Shown here: positions 38,166 through 50,400 of the stretch, one piece after another | Layout of the letters: each line of letters begins with the position of its first letter | Position numbering within the stretch: position 1 is the first letter of the stretch | From: Squalus acanthias | Taxonomy: Eukaryota | Direction of reading: 5' to 3' | Length of the DNA: 64,000 nucleotides | NCBI GenBank assembly: GCA_030390025.1 | Contig: CM059431.1 | Coordinates: forward strand, 100,132,001-100,196,000 | The notes under the pieces: model-generated | What the model was told of the DNA's origin: nothing | The model's input: only the letters and a program-made list of their open reading frames with translations | Databases searched by the model: none | Translations under genes and position numbers: made by a program

Positions 38166-39325
38166 AGTGTCAGCCTAGCTTTATGTGCTCAAGTCTCTGG
38201 AGTGGGGCTTGAACCCACAACCTTCTGACTCAGAGGCGAGAGCGCTGCCCACTGAGCCACTGCCTGACACAAATATTAAGTAAGATTTCCAGGAAATATC
38301 CAGTAAGCTATCTAGGGGCAACAGCTTATCATCGAATTACATAGAATCTGCACACAGCAACAGGCCATTCTGGGCATTCGGCCCATCAGTGCCGCACTGT
38401 CGGAGGGGCAGTACTGAGGGAGCGCCGCACTGTCAGTGGGGCAGTACTGAGGGAGTGCCGCACTGTCGGAGGGGCAGTACTGAGGGAGCGCCGCACTGTC
38501 GGAGGGGCAGTACTGAGGGAGTGCCGCACTGTCGGAGGGGCGGTACTGAGGGAGCGCCGCACTGTCGGAGAGGCAGTACTGAGGGAGCGCCGCACTATCG
38601 GAGGGGCAGTACTGAGGGAGCGCCGCACTGTCGGAGCGGCAGTACTGAGGGAGCGCCGCACTGTCGGAGCGGCAGTACTGAGGGAGCGCTGCACTGTCGG
38701 AGGGGCAGTACTGAGGGAGCGCCGCACTGTCGGAGGGGCAGTACTGAGGGAGCGCCGCACTGTCGGAGGGGCAGTACTGAGGGAGCGCCGCACTGTCGGA
38801 GGGTCAATACTGAGGGAGCGCCGCACTGTCGGAGGGGCAGTATTGAGGGAGCGCCGCACTGTTGGAGGGGCAGTACTGAGGGAGCGCCGCACTGTCGGAG
38901 GGGCAGTACTGAGGGAGCGCCGCACTATCAGAGGGGCAGTACTGAGGGAGCGCTGCACTGTCGGAGGGGCAGTACTGAGGGAGCGCTGCACTGTCGGAGG
39001 TGCCGTCTTTTGGATGAGACGTTAAACCGAGGCCCTGTCTGCTCTCTCAGGTGGATGTAAAAGATCCCATGGCACTATTTTGAAGAAGAGCAGGGGAGTT
39101 CTCCCCGGTGTCCTGGGGCCAATATTTATCCTTCAATCAACATAACAAAAACAGGATTATCTGGTCATTATCACATTGCTGTTTGTGGGACCTTGCTGTG
39201 CGCAAATTGGCTGCCGTGTTTCCTACATTACAACAGTGACTACACTTCAAAAAGTATTTCATTGGTTGTAAAGCGCTTTGAGACGTTCGGTGGTCGTGAA
39301 AGGCGCTATATAAATGCAAATCTTT
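38166..39325. mobile_element. Isolated minus DeuSINE head (38166-38270) and headless plus DeuSINE with about 18 units (38388-39000) and body
   Basis: Direct similarity to the other copies. Confidence 0.85.
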
Positions 39326-39329
39326 TAAC

Positions 39330-39730
39330 TGCTCCGTGCCGGTGTTTCTGCTCCACACGAGCCTCCTCCCACCCCTCTTCATCTCACCCTATCAACAGAT
39401 CCTTCTATTCCTTTCTCCCTCATGGGTAGACATAGAGAAGATGTTTCCACTTGTGGGGGAGACCAAAACTAGGGGCCATCAATATAAGACAGTCACCAAT
39501 AAATCCAATGGGGAATTCAGGAGAAGCTTCTTCACCCAGAGAGTGGTGAGAATGTGGAACTCGCTCCCACAGGGAGTGGGTGAGGCCAATAGCAGAGATG
39601 CCTTCAAGCCAAACCCTTTCCTAATTTTAAAGCCCTCTATCGGGCCATCCCTCCCGCCTTCTCTTTTCTAGAGCAAAGAGCCCCAGCCTGTCCAGTCTTT
39701 CCTGATGGTTGTAACCTCTCCGTTCTGGCA
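39330..39730 (-). mobile_element. CR1 3' fragment with an internal inversion (about 39425-39608)
   Basis: Orientation minus/plus/minus relative to 7600-7990. Confidence 0.75.
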
Positions 39731-40339
39731 GCTCAGTTTTCCAAAAAAAAAATTTCGTTTTTTGCTGTTGCAACTTTTAGTCTGAAAATATTGTTTTTCA
39801 ATTTGTTTTGGCCTTCACTGTAATTTTTTTTTTAATTAAAATAATCCATTGACATGTTGCATTATTTTCACATTGTAATGGGATGACTCATGGTTTGATC
39901 TTAATTGACTTTGTCGTATAGTTCTGAATCAGAAAAGAATACTCTCGGGCAACGGAAACCTTGATATATTAGTGGCTCCCACAGAGCCAAGGGACCAGTG
40001 GCAATAACCGCCTACATTTAAGATTACTTATTACCCAGGGTCGAGCAACAGATAAACATGCATGTAAACTGACATTTGATGCCAGATTTAATTGCCATTA
40101 ATGTACTTGATTCTTACTTTTATCAAGAGTCGACACAGATGACATACATTCATCAACTAAGGATAGTTGCATGCAATTTGAAGTAGAAATGTTATTGAAA
40201 TATGCTTCTGTTGCCAGTGTAATGTAGTTAAGGGACAGATTTTCACTGGACAGGAAAATATATTTTCTTGAATTGTTGCAGAGACGCATGAACACTTATT
40301 GGTGTCTCTCAGTCATCCTTTGTTTGATGTTCAATGCAA

Positions 40340-41125
40340 CTTGCATTTATCCCTGATAAGTGCGAGGTGATTCATTTTGGTCGGGCAAATTTGAATAAGG
40401 ATTACAGGGTCAACGGCAGGGTTCTGAGGAACGTGGAGGAGCAGAGGGATCTGGGGGTTCATATCCACAGATCTCTGAAGGTTGCCACTCAAGTGGATAG
40501 AGCAGTAAAGAAGGCCTATGGTGTGTTGGCGTTTATTAACAGAGGGTTTGAGTTTAAGAACCGTGAGGTTATGCTGCAACTGTACAGGACCTTGGTGAGA
40601 CCACATTTGGAATATTGTGTGCAGTTCTGGTCACCTCACTATAGGAAGGACGTAGAAGCATTGGAAAGAGTGCAAAGGAGATTTACCAGGATGCTGCCTG
40701 GTTTGGGGGGGAGGTCTTATGAGGAAAGATTGAGGGAGTTGGGGCTTTTCTCTTTAGAGCGGAGGAGGATGAGAGGCGACTTAATAGAGGTTTATAAGAT
40801 GATGAGGGGGATAGATAGAGTGGATGTTCAGAGACTATTTCCTCGGGTAGAGGCAGCTGTTACAAGGGGGCATAACTATAAGGTGCATGGGGGGAGATAT
40901 AGAAGGGATGTCCGAGGTAGATTCTTTACTCAGAGAGTGGTTGGGGTGTGGAATGGATTGCCTGCTGTGATAGTGGAGTCGGACACTTTAGGAACATTCA
41001 TGCGGTTATTGGATAAGCACATGGAGCACACCAGAGTGATAGGGAGTGTGATAGCTTGATCTTGGTCTCAGACAATGCTCGGCACAACATCGAGGGCCGA
41101 AGGGCCTGTACTGTGCTGTACTGTT
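40340..41125 (+). mobile_element. CR1/HER1 LINE 3' fragment with an open 241-aa frame
   Basis: KCEVIHFG...VRPHLEYCVQFWSP...FFTQRVV; tail. Confidence 0.9.
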
Positions 41126-41126
41126 C

Positions 41127-41563
41127 TATAGCGCCTTTAACGTAGTAAAACATCCCAAGGCGTGGTTTATCGAACAGAATTTGACACCGAACCACATGAG
41201 ATATTAGGGCAGGTGACCAAAAGCTTGGTCGAAGAGGTAGGTTTTAAGGAGCGTCTTAAGGGAGGAGAGAGAGGTGGAGAGGTTTAGGGAGGGAATTCCA
41301 GAGCTCGGGGCCCAGGCAGCTGAAGGCACGGCCGCCAATGGTGGAGCGATGGAAATCGGGGGATGCGCAAGGGGCCAGAATTGGAGGAGCGCAGAGATCT
41401 CGGAGAGTTGTGGGGCTGGAGGAGGTTACAGAGATAGGGAGGGGGGGCGAGGCCGTGGAGGGATTTGAAAACAAGGATGAGAATTTTAAAATCGAGGCGT
41501 TGCCGGACCGGGAGCCAACATAGGTCAGCGAGCACAGGGGGGATGATGGGTGAACGGGACTTG
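41127..41563 (-). mobile_element. L2 3' fragment
   Basis: WLPVRQRLDFKILILVFKSLHGLAP. Confidence 0.85.
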
Positions 41564-41723
41564 TAGTTTACCGGTCAGATAAGAGAAAGTTTGCTTTGTT
41601 TGAGGATGCTGGTGGAGGTGATAGTTTGACGGAAGAAGGAAGTGATATGGTTCAAAAAGTCTTAAAGGGGGACGAGTACCCATCGTGATTTTTCCACCTT
41701 TGATGGGCTGACCTTACCTGTGA

Positions 41724-41968
41724 TCACAGAATCACAGAATCCCCACAGTGCAGATAGAGGCCATTTCGGCCCATCGAGCCTGCACCGACACATATCCCAC
41801 CCACCCTATCCCCGTAACCCCACGTATTTAATCCCCCCTAACACTAAGGGTCAATTTATCATAGCCAAATCAACCTAACCCGCACATCTTTGGACTGTGG
41901 GAGGAAACCGGAGCACCCGGAGGAAACCCACGCAGACACGGGGAGAATGTGCAAACTCCACACAGACA
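41724..41968 (-). mobile_element. HE1-type V-SINE, 5'-truncated
   Basis: Minus strand has V domain GTCTGTGTGGAGTTTGCACATTCTCCCCGTGTCTGCGTGGGTTTCCTCCGGGTGCTCCGGTTTCCTCCCAC and a HER1-like tail (ATTCTGTG)n. Confidence 0.88.
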
Positions 41969-42699
41969 AAAAGGCAACTTTAACCGCATGATGATGAGCG
42001 CCAGACCTAAAAGTGAACTATTCGCCTATTCAAGAAGCATTGTGATTTATATTTTCAGGCCAGATTTGAACATAATGGGTGCTTTGCTATTTTAATGAAG
42101 TACTGTCTAAATAGTCACATCATTTACCGATCAGGGCACATTTATTTGATCGATGAAGTGCGCTGGCAGCAGATGCGTGGGGTTAATGCTCACTTCTGGC
42201 GAGCGAAGGCATTTGGAGTCCAGCTGGAGCCAAAATTAATTAAAACCCGATTTCACCGCTCTTCCAGCGGAAGAAACAATTGTTTTGTAGTAGTTAGTGC
42301 CCAAAGATCAGCATCTGTAAATCCGAATCACTTCACAACGTGCTATTAACAACTGATTAAATCTGTTAGGTTCTTTTTTGCAAACCCAGTCGCATTGAAC
42401 ATCTCGTAGCTTTTAACTGCTGGATTCTGGAATGTAAAATGATGAACAAAATTTACAGTTTTCAGGGTTTTGCTGTCCTTTATTTCAAAACACTTTTTTT
42501 TGTTTCTTTTTTAAAAAGCACTATCGTGGATTGTCTCCAAATATTCCACAATTTTGGAAACTCGAATAATGTAATTGCTTTTAATTAATAATGTTCGAAT
42601 GCTTTTTTTTAAAAAACAATGAGGTTTATATTTGTGTAGTTTGAAGAATTATATATAATGTGCTGATTTTTCTTTTTTGTAAGAAGGGGAAATTTTGAT

Positions 42700-43205
42700 T
42701 CATAGAATCATAGAATGATACAGCACAGAAGGAGGCCATTCGGCCCATCGTGCCCGTGCCGGCTCTTTGAACGAGCTCTCCAATTAGTCCCACTCCCCTC
42801 TGCTCTTTCCCCAGAGCCCTGCAAATATTTTCCTTTTCAAGTATTTATCCAATTCCCTTTTGAAAGTTACTATTGAATCTGCTTCCACCGCCCTTTCAGG
42901 CAGCGCATTCCAGATCACAACAACTCGCTGTGTAAAAAAAAAAAACATTCTCCTCATCTTCCCTCTGGTTCTTTTGCCAATGACCTTCAATCTGTGCCCT
43001 CTGGTTACCGACCCTCCTGCCACTGGAAACAGTTTCTCCTTATTTACTCTATCGAAACCCTTTATGATTTTGCACGCCTCTATTCAATCTCCCCTTAACC
43101 TTCTCTGCTCTAAGGAGAACAATCCCAGCTTCTCCAGTCTCCCCACGTAACTGAAGTCCCTCATCCCTGGGGACCATTCTAGTAAATCTCCTCTGCACCC
43201 TCTCT
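42700..43205 (-). mobile_element. CR1/HER1 3' fragment
   Basis: TRGHRLKVIGKR..FFTQRVVVIWNALP; tail. Confidence 0.9.
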
Positions 43206-43721
43206 GAGGAAATTTAGAAAGAGGTTTATTTTTAATGTATGTGCGCGCTTCATGCTCACCGTATCGCTGCCTGTGATTACAGGGACATATCTACGAACTG
43301 CACACATGAAATGTTATTTGGCGAACGCCAACCTTTCACATTTCAGTTCACAGATAATCTGTTCGGCTGCGCAGCCCCAGTGGAGTGCTTTGTACTGCTT
43401 CCAATCAATATGTGTGCTTTGATTTGCCTCCAGGCTTATTTCAAGATACATATTTAACAAGTATTTGACCTCGCACCAACAAAACAGATCTGTTTTTAAC
43501 ACCAAAAATATGTGACAGATTTCTCTCTGAATTCCAACACAAAGTGCGATGTTTGTCATTTTATTTATAAAGTGTGCATGTGTCACTTCTTGAACGCTCG
43601 CATTTTCTCTCCTACTCCTTTTACAAATTAGATGGTGCCTGTACTCTGGGACTTGGCCCTTCACCTAAGTTTCTTAATTAAAAAAGTTGCCTTTAGTTTT
43701 TAATCTGTGATTTTTGTCACA

Positions 43722-44610
43722 AAGAAACTTCTTTACCCAGAGAGTGGTGAGAATGTGGAACTCGCTACCACAGGGAGTGGTTGAGGCGAATAGCAGAGAT
43801 ACATTTAAGGGGAAGCTGGATAAACACATGAGGGGGAAAGGAATAGAAGGATATGGTGATAAGATGACATGAAGAGGGGCGGGAGGAGGCTCGTGTGGAG
43901 CAGAAACACCGGCACGGACCAGTTGGACCGAATGGCCTGTTTCAGGTACAGCAAACAATTAGGAAACCAAATGATATGTTAGCCTTTATTACAAGGGGAT
44001 TGCAGTGTAAGAGTAAAGAAGTCTTACTGCAGTTATATAGGGCTTTGGTGAGACCACACCTGGAGTACTGTGTACAGTTTACTTGCCTTAGAGGGAGTTT
44101 AGGTTTACTAGACTGATTGCTGGGATGAGGGGATTGTCCTATGAGGAGAGATTGAGTAGACTAGGCCTATATACTCTAGAGTTTAGAAGAATGAGAGGTG
44201 ATCTCTTTGAAACATATAAAATTCTTACAGGGCTTGACAGGGTAGATGCTGAGAGGATGTTTCCCCCTGGCTGGAGAGTCTAGAACCAGGGATCACAGTC
44301 TCAGAATAAGGGGTCGGCCATTTAAGACTGAGATGAGGAGGAATTTCTTCACTCAGAGGGTTGTGAATCTTTGGAATTCTCTACCCCAGAGGGCTGTGGA
44401 GGCTCAGTCGTTGAGTATATTCAAGACAGAGATCGATAGATTTTTGAATATTAAGGGAATCAAGGGATATGGGGATAGTGCAGGAAGCGAAGTTGAGGTC
44501 GAAGATCAACCATGATTTTATTGAATGGCGGAGCAGGCTCGAGGGGCCGATTGACCGACTCCTGCTCATATTTCTTATGTTCTTGTGTTCTGTGCTGTAA
44601 GTTCTTTGTA
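43722..44610 (+). mobile_element. Nested CR1 3' fragments
   Basis: [30 protein letters not shown]. Confidence 0.85.
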
Positions 44611-44707
44611 AGATTTCCTATCGTGCTAGTTGAGCTCCTGTTGCACGCGTGGAGTCCCGATCAAGTGTGATCTTCAGGTGAAGCTGGGTTAAAGGGCAAG
44701 AGATATT

Positions 44708-45452
44708 GGGCCAGAAATTCGGCTCCCTGGCTTCCCGCGGGTGCAAGGATCACGCGCGCACCTACCTACCGCGCCTGCCGTTGACCCCTGGGCCTCCTCC
44801 AACTGCCGGCGCGCAGTGCTCGTGTATCCCAGGGCCGTAGTTAGTGCGATGCGTCCCCTGGGATCACGTGGGCCATGGAGAGCCAATGGCAGCAGAGCAT
44901 CTTTCATTCATAGATTTGACAGGAAGAGCTGTCAAATCTATGAATACAGATCGGCCCCAAAACATCCCTAAAACTACAAATGCATTTTTTTTTTAAATCA
45001 CATTTTTAAAATAACTATAAATTACATTAATTAACTATTTTAAACAAAAATGTAAATTTTTGAAAAAATTAATTACACTTTTTAACAGGGCTAAAACTAA
45101 ACTTACCTTTCTTTAAAGTAATTAAAAAAGATAAATCTGTGGGGAAAAAAAGTTTAAATTTTATAAAATCAACACTTACCTTGTTAAAAGAAGGCCTTGC
45201 GCCTCCTTTTTCAATGTGTATCTTCTCCGTGCTTACCCTCACGGAGGAACCTGTAAAAAAAAAACCTGAAGTGTGAGGCGAACGTGCTGGCCCTCCGGCG
45301 TGCGCGTTCGACCTCTGAACCCCTTCCTTCAGGGGAATGGAAGTGCCGGTTTCCCGCGCATGCGCAGTGCATGCAAGAAACCGGCACTTTCGTTGGGCCT
45401 ACGGGTGAGTACACAACGCGTACTCACCCGTAGAGACCCGAAGTTCTGGCCC
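44708..45452. mobile_element. Harbinger-type MITE, family H copy 2
   Basis: TIR GGGCCAGAAATTCG / CGAAGTTCTGGCCC; flanks ATT/AAT. Confidence 0.85.
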
Positions 45453-45721
45453 AATAGCACAAGGAGCACCGATGTAATTCAGTTGCTTTTTTTAAAGTCA
45501 TATCTTCTGTCTTTTTTTGTATAATACTTTGATATTATGTTATTTATATTTTAATAGCAAAACTTGGAATAATTTGGGTAGCGGAGGAGTTGAGTTGATT
45601 GAAGTTTCCCTGCAGTACAGGTTATAAAGCTGAGGGGTTACAGCAGCAACACGGGCCGGAATGTGTCATTACAGTGTTTCCATCGGTAGCTCCCTTTATA
45701 AATGTGGATGTCAGAATTTTC

Positions 45722-46385
45722 AATAAAGAAAGAACTTGCATTTCTATAGCGCCTTTCACGACCTCAGGACGTCCCAAAGCGCTTTACAGCCAATGAAGTA
45801 CTTTTGATGTGTAGTCACTGTTGTAATGTAGGAATCACTGCAGCCACATTGCGCACAGCAAGCTCCCACAAACAGCAATGTGAGAAATGACCAGATCATC
45901 TGTTTTACTGATGTTGGGTGAGGAATAAATATTGGCCAGGACACTGGGGAGAACTCCCCTGCTCTTCTTCGAAATAGTGTCATGGGATCTTTTACGTCCA
46001 CCTGAGAGAGCCGACTCAGTTTAATGTCTCATCCAAAAGACTACCCCTCCGACAGTGCGGCGCTCCCTCAGTACCGCCCCTCCAACAGTGTGGCGCTCCC
46101 TCAGTACTGCCCCTCTGACAGTGTGGCGCTCCCTCAGTACTGCCCCTCCGACAGTGCGGCGCTCCCTCAGTACTGCCCCTCCGACAGTGCGGCGCTCCCT
46201 CAGTACTGCCCCTCCGACAGTGCGGCGCTCCCTCAGTACTGCCCCTCCGACAGTGCGGCGCTCCTTCAGAACTACACTGGGAGTGTCAGCCTAGATTTTT
46301 GTGCTGAAATCTCTGGAGCGGGACTAGAACCCACGAACTTCTGACTCAGAGACGAGAGTGCTGCCCACTGAGCCACTGACCGACA
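45722..46385 (-). mobile_element. Full-length DeuSINE with about 7 33-bp units (46045-46270)
   Basis: Minus-strand head, array, Deu domain, tail. Confidence 0.88.
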
Positions 46386-46561
46386 CTAATGTGTGACAAA
46401 AACGTGACAACAGGAAATAAGCTTTTGTACAGACGTAAGTTTTTAATATATTATAGATTTATCACCAGAACCAGTTAAGTCAAAAGCTTTTAATGTTCAC
46501 TTGAAGAGATGAATTTTCTAAGTTTGAGCTGGGGACAAGGCCTCAGACCATCAGCACGGAC

Positions 46562-47208
46562 TAGATCGCCAGCTCTCCAGCATTGCCCTGGAGTCTCCAG
46601 GGACGAAAGACTAATCTCCAGGACACTGCTGCCAACAAAACCCGGGAGAAAAATCATAGGGGCAATAAAAACATGTGTTTGATTTTTAATTTTATAAGAG
46701 TTAGGAGCAGGAGTCGGCCATCCGGCCCCTCACGCCAGCTCCGCCATTCAGTAAGATCATGGCTGATCTTCAACCTCAAGAATCTATCGATCTCTGTTTT
46801 GAATATACCCAATGACTGAGCCTCCACAGCCCTCTGCGGTTGAGAATTCCAAAGATTCACCATTCTAGAGTGAAGAAATTTCTCCAGCTCAGTCCTAAAT
46901 GGCCGACCCCTTATCCTGAGACTGTGACCCCTGGTTCCAGATTTTCATTGAACACTTTTGTTGATTTAGTTATAAAAATATTGGAGATGGTGGGGGAAAA
47001 AAAAGGCCGTTTGACTGACCGGGTCAAGAATCATCCAACTGGGTAACAAAGATTCGCTTTCCAATTGGCTGTGGGAAGGCGGGGCATTGTCGGGATGGAC
47101 GTGTCAGGCGACCAATGGCGGGAGTGTGGGGGGGGCAGGGCAGTAGGGAGGCGGGAGGTCATGTGACGGCACCTCCAGGCACACGGCTCACCAGAGTTGG
47201 CAACACCA
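46562..47208 (-). mobile_element. GGGTTGCCA-TIR element in reverse orientation, interrupted by a CR1 piece (about 46697-46945)
   Basis: CCTGGAGTCTCCAGG near the left end; CCAGAGTTGGCAAC at the right end. Confidence 0.7.
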
Positions 47209-47896
47209 GGACGGACGCTCAAAATTTAGGCTTAATTGTGAACTTCAATACGCGCTCCGCGGCACCTCTGGATCAAGGAGGTTTGTGTGTGAGGTTTTGC
47301 TGTGTTACAGAGTTGGGTATCTTTCTCAAAACTGGATATTCCAATTCATTTTAGGGCACAATTTCTCGGGGGGTTTTTTTGCTAATTCGTGTTAAGATCC
47401 TAAATGTGTGGGGTTTTTTTCCCGTGCATGCATTTCTGATCTCAAAAAAGGGAAACCGAGGAAATCTGCCCCTTTGTTTCCAGCCGATGTCACCCAGGAA
47501 TTGCCTGCACTTGCAGATTTTATTTTCTAAACCTGTTGTGGGAATTCAGGTTAAATACAAGGCAGAATTAATTCATTGTCATTGAAATTGTCTCCATGCG
47601 TTGATCAAACAAAACGAGGCGGGATTGTTTGCTTTTTTTTACCATAGTAAACAGACCTTTGTGGTCCCGCTTCAGCGATCTGTGAGGCTGACACGGATAA
47701 GTGGATCTGTCAGTTAGGATATACACTGTCCAACCTGAATCTAGCTCCCTATCAGCCAGAAAGCTTATGTGAAATTATATAGGTGGCTAAAAGTAAATAG
47801 TTTACTGAACCTTGTATACAATTGTATTGCAGTATATTAAAAGTTTATATAGTAAAAACTATTGAGGCGTGTAACTGCCTTAACTACAAGAGTAAT

Positions 47897-48080
47897 TTAA
47901 TAAAAGCAGAAAATGCTGGCAACACTCTGCAGGTCAGGCAGCATCTGTGGAGGGAGAAACAGAGTTAACGTTTCAGGTCGATGACCCTTCGTCAGAACTG
48001 GAAGATGTTAAGAGGTTTAACAGTTTTTTTTTTTATCAAGTACAGAGCTGGTGGAGGGAAGAACCAAAGGGGAAGGTCTA
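47897..48080 (-). mobile_element. Penelope-like element pseudo-LTR remnant
   Basis: Minus strand CTGACGAAGGGTCATCGACCTGAAACGTTAACTCTGTTTCT...AGATGCTGCCTGACCTGC; related copy at 54578-54715. Confidence 0.7.
47960..48000 (-). ncRNA. Minimal type I hammerhead ribozyme motif
   Basis: CUGACGA core (47995-47989), stem II GGUC-AUC-GACC, GAAAC (47974-47970), palindromic AACGUU in place of stem III, short stem I. Activity not shown. Confidence 0.6.
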
Positions 48081-48578
48081 TGGAGGCGGTGCAACGAAGG
48101 TTCACTAGATTGATTCCTGGGATGGGAGGGCTGTCCTATAATGAGAGATTGTGTAGAATGGGCCGATACTCTCTGGAGTTTAGAAGAATGAGAGGTGATC
48201 TCATTGAAACATACAAGATTCTGAGGGGGATTGACAGGGTAGATGCTGAGAGGCTGTTTCCTCCTGGCTGGAGAGCCTAGAACCAGGGGTCACAGTCTCA
48301 GAATAAGGGGTCGGCCATTTAACACCGAGATGAGGAGGAATTTCTTCACTCAGAGGGTTGTGAATCTTTAGAATTCTCTGCCCCAGAGGGCTGTGAATGC
48401 TAAATCTTTGAATGTATTCAAGGCAGGGATAGATAGATTTTTGGGCTCATGGGGAATCAAGGGATATGGAGATCAGGCGGGAAAGTGGAGTTGAGGTCAA
48501 TGATCAGCCATGATCTTATTGAATGGCGGAGAAGGCTCGAGGGGCCGTATGGCCGACTCCTGCTCCTAATTCTTCTGT
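48080..48578 (+). mobile_element. CR1 3' fragment
   Basis: EAVQRRFTRLIPGM..SLEFRRMRGDLIETYKI. Confidence 0.9.
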
Positions 48579-48581
48579 TAT

Positions 48582-49331
48582 GGCCCAGAAATTTGACTCG
48601 GAGGCTTGCCGCGGGGGTAAGGATCCCCCGCGATATCACACTCCGCGCCGGCCGTTGTGTTTCGGGCCCACACGAACTTCTGGTCCTGGGCCTCTCCCTG
48701 GTGCCGGTGCGCAGTGTGTGCGTGTCCCAGAGGCGCAGTTAGTTCGATGCGACCTCTGGGAGCACGTGGGCCATGGCAGCAGACCATCTTTCATTCATAG
48801 CTTTGACAGGAGAACTGTCAAAACTATGAATACAAATTGCCCCCAAAAGAACAGCTAAACCTCAAATAATTTTTTTTTAAAAACCATCACATTAATAAAA
48901 TAACTGTAGTTAAATAAATTAACCACTTTAAACAAAATTAAAATTTTTGCAAAAATTTAAATTCTTTTTAAAAGTTATAAAAAATAAACTTACCTTTCTT
49001 TAAAGTCTCTAAAAAAGATAAACCTGTTGAAAAAAATTTAAAATAATACTTAATTAACTACTTAGCTTGTTAAAAGGGGGTCTTACGCCTCCTTCATGTG
49101 TAAAATCTTCCATACTTACCCTCGCGTTGAAACCTGAAAAAAAACCTAAGTGTGCTGCGTGCGCACAGCCTCTAGCGCGCACGCGGTTCACCTAGGAACC
49201 GCCCCCTTCGCCATACCGGAAGTGCCGGTTTCCCGCGCATGCGCAGTGCATGCAGGAAACCGGCACTTCGGGACTGAATACGCGAGAGTACACAGTTTGT
49301 ACTCTCCCGTATTCAGCCGAATTTTTGGGCC
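48582..49331. mobile_element. Harbinger-type MITE, family H copy 3
   Basis: TIR GGCCCAGAAATTTG / CGAATTTTTGGGCC. Confidence 0.85.
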
Positions 49332-49707
49332 ATTGTTCTTACGATCGGGTGCAAGGCAGGGGTGATTAAATGACAAGAGGGATGATGGTGCGAGGCAAAA
49401 TGGGATGGTCAAATGGACAAGAGTAATTTAATGTTCAACTCTTCCGAAGAATCCTGCTCAAATTTGCTGAGACTCTGTTTTGAAATACTGAAAGGGTTAA
49501 ACGTTTCTGGCCTCCACAGATTTGATGCTGCTGAAAACAACAATGCTTACATTTTCTGACCCCACCATTAACCAGTGCGTAAGCTGGTACCATAGCAATG
49601 GCATCGGGGTTGCATTTAAGTACAGGTCTTGGGAATCCTTGCAAACTGAAATTTCTGAATGAAAGCTCTTACTTTTTTATAAAGTAAAATCCGTTTGGGC
49701 TGTTTTC

Positions 49708-50130
49708 AACAACAACAACTTGTATTTATACAGCGCCTTTAACGTAGTAAAACGTCCCAAGGTGCTTCACAGCAGTGTTATCAAACAAAATTTGACCCCG
49801 AGCCACATACGGAGGTAGGTTTTAAGCAGCATATTAAAGGAGGAAAGAGAGGTAGAGATCGGAGAGGTTTAGGGAGGGAATTCCAGAGCTTAGGGCCCAG
49901 GCAGCTGAAGGCACGGCCACCAATGGTGGAGCGATGGGAATCGGGGGATGCGCAAGAGGCCAGAATTAGAGGAGCGCAGAGATCTCGGGGGGGTTGTGGG
50001 GCTGGAGGAGGTTACAGAGATAGGGAGGGGGGGGCGAGGCCATGGATGGATCTGAAAACAAGGATGAGAATTTTAAAATCGAGACGCTGCTTAACCGGGA
50101 GCCAATGTCGGTCAGCGAGCACAGGGGAGG
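49708..50130 (-). mobile_element. L2 3' fragment
   Basis: (CAA)n tail and L2 3' region. Confidence 0.85.
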
Positions 50131-50400
50131 TTTTTGTTCCTCAGTTTAACCTTCTCACAGACCTCCAAACGAAGATGTTTATTTGCAACAACAAAAAACG
50201 TTTGGAGGGGGTGTTTTTAATTGTTTTTCGGAGCACAGCAACAAGTTAACCTGGTGGCACAACCATGATCTCGTTAGCATCTTAATGACTTATTGAAGTT
50301 TATAGTTTGGAAGCCAGAAATTCTTGACAATACAGAGTTTTAAAAATAAGATAACTGTAAGCACAGAACCAGAGGGGAGATGAGGAGAATTTTTTTTACG

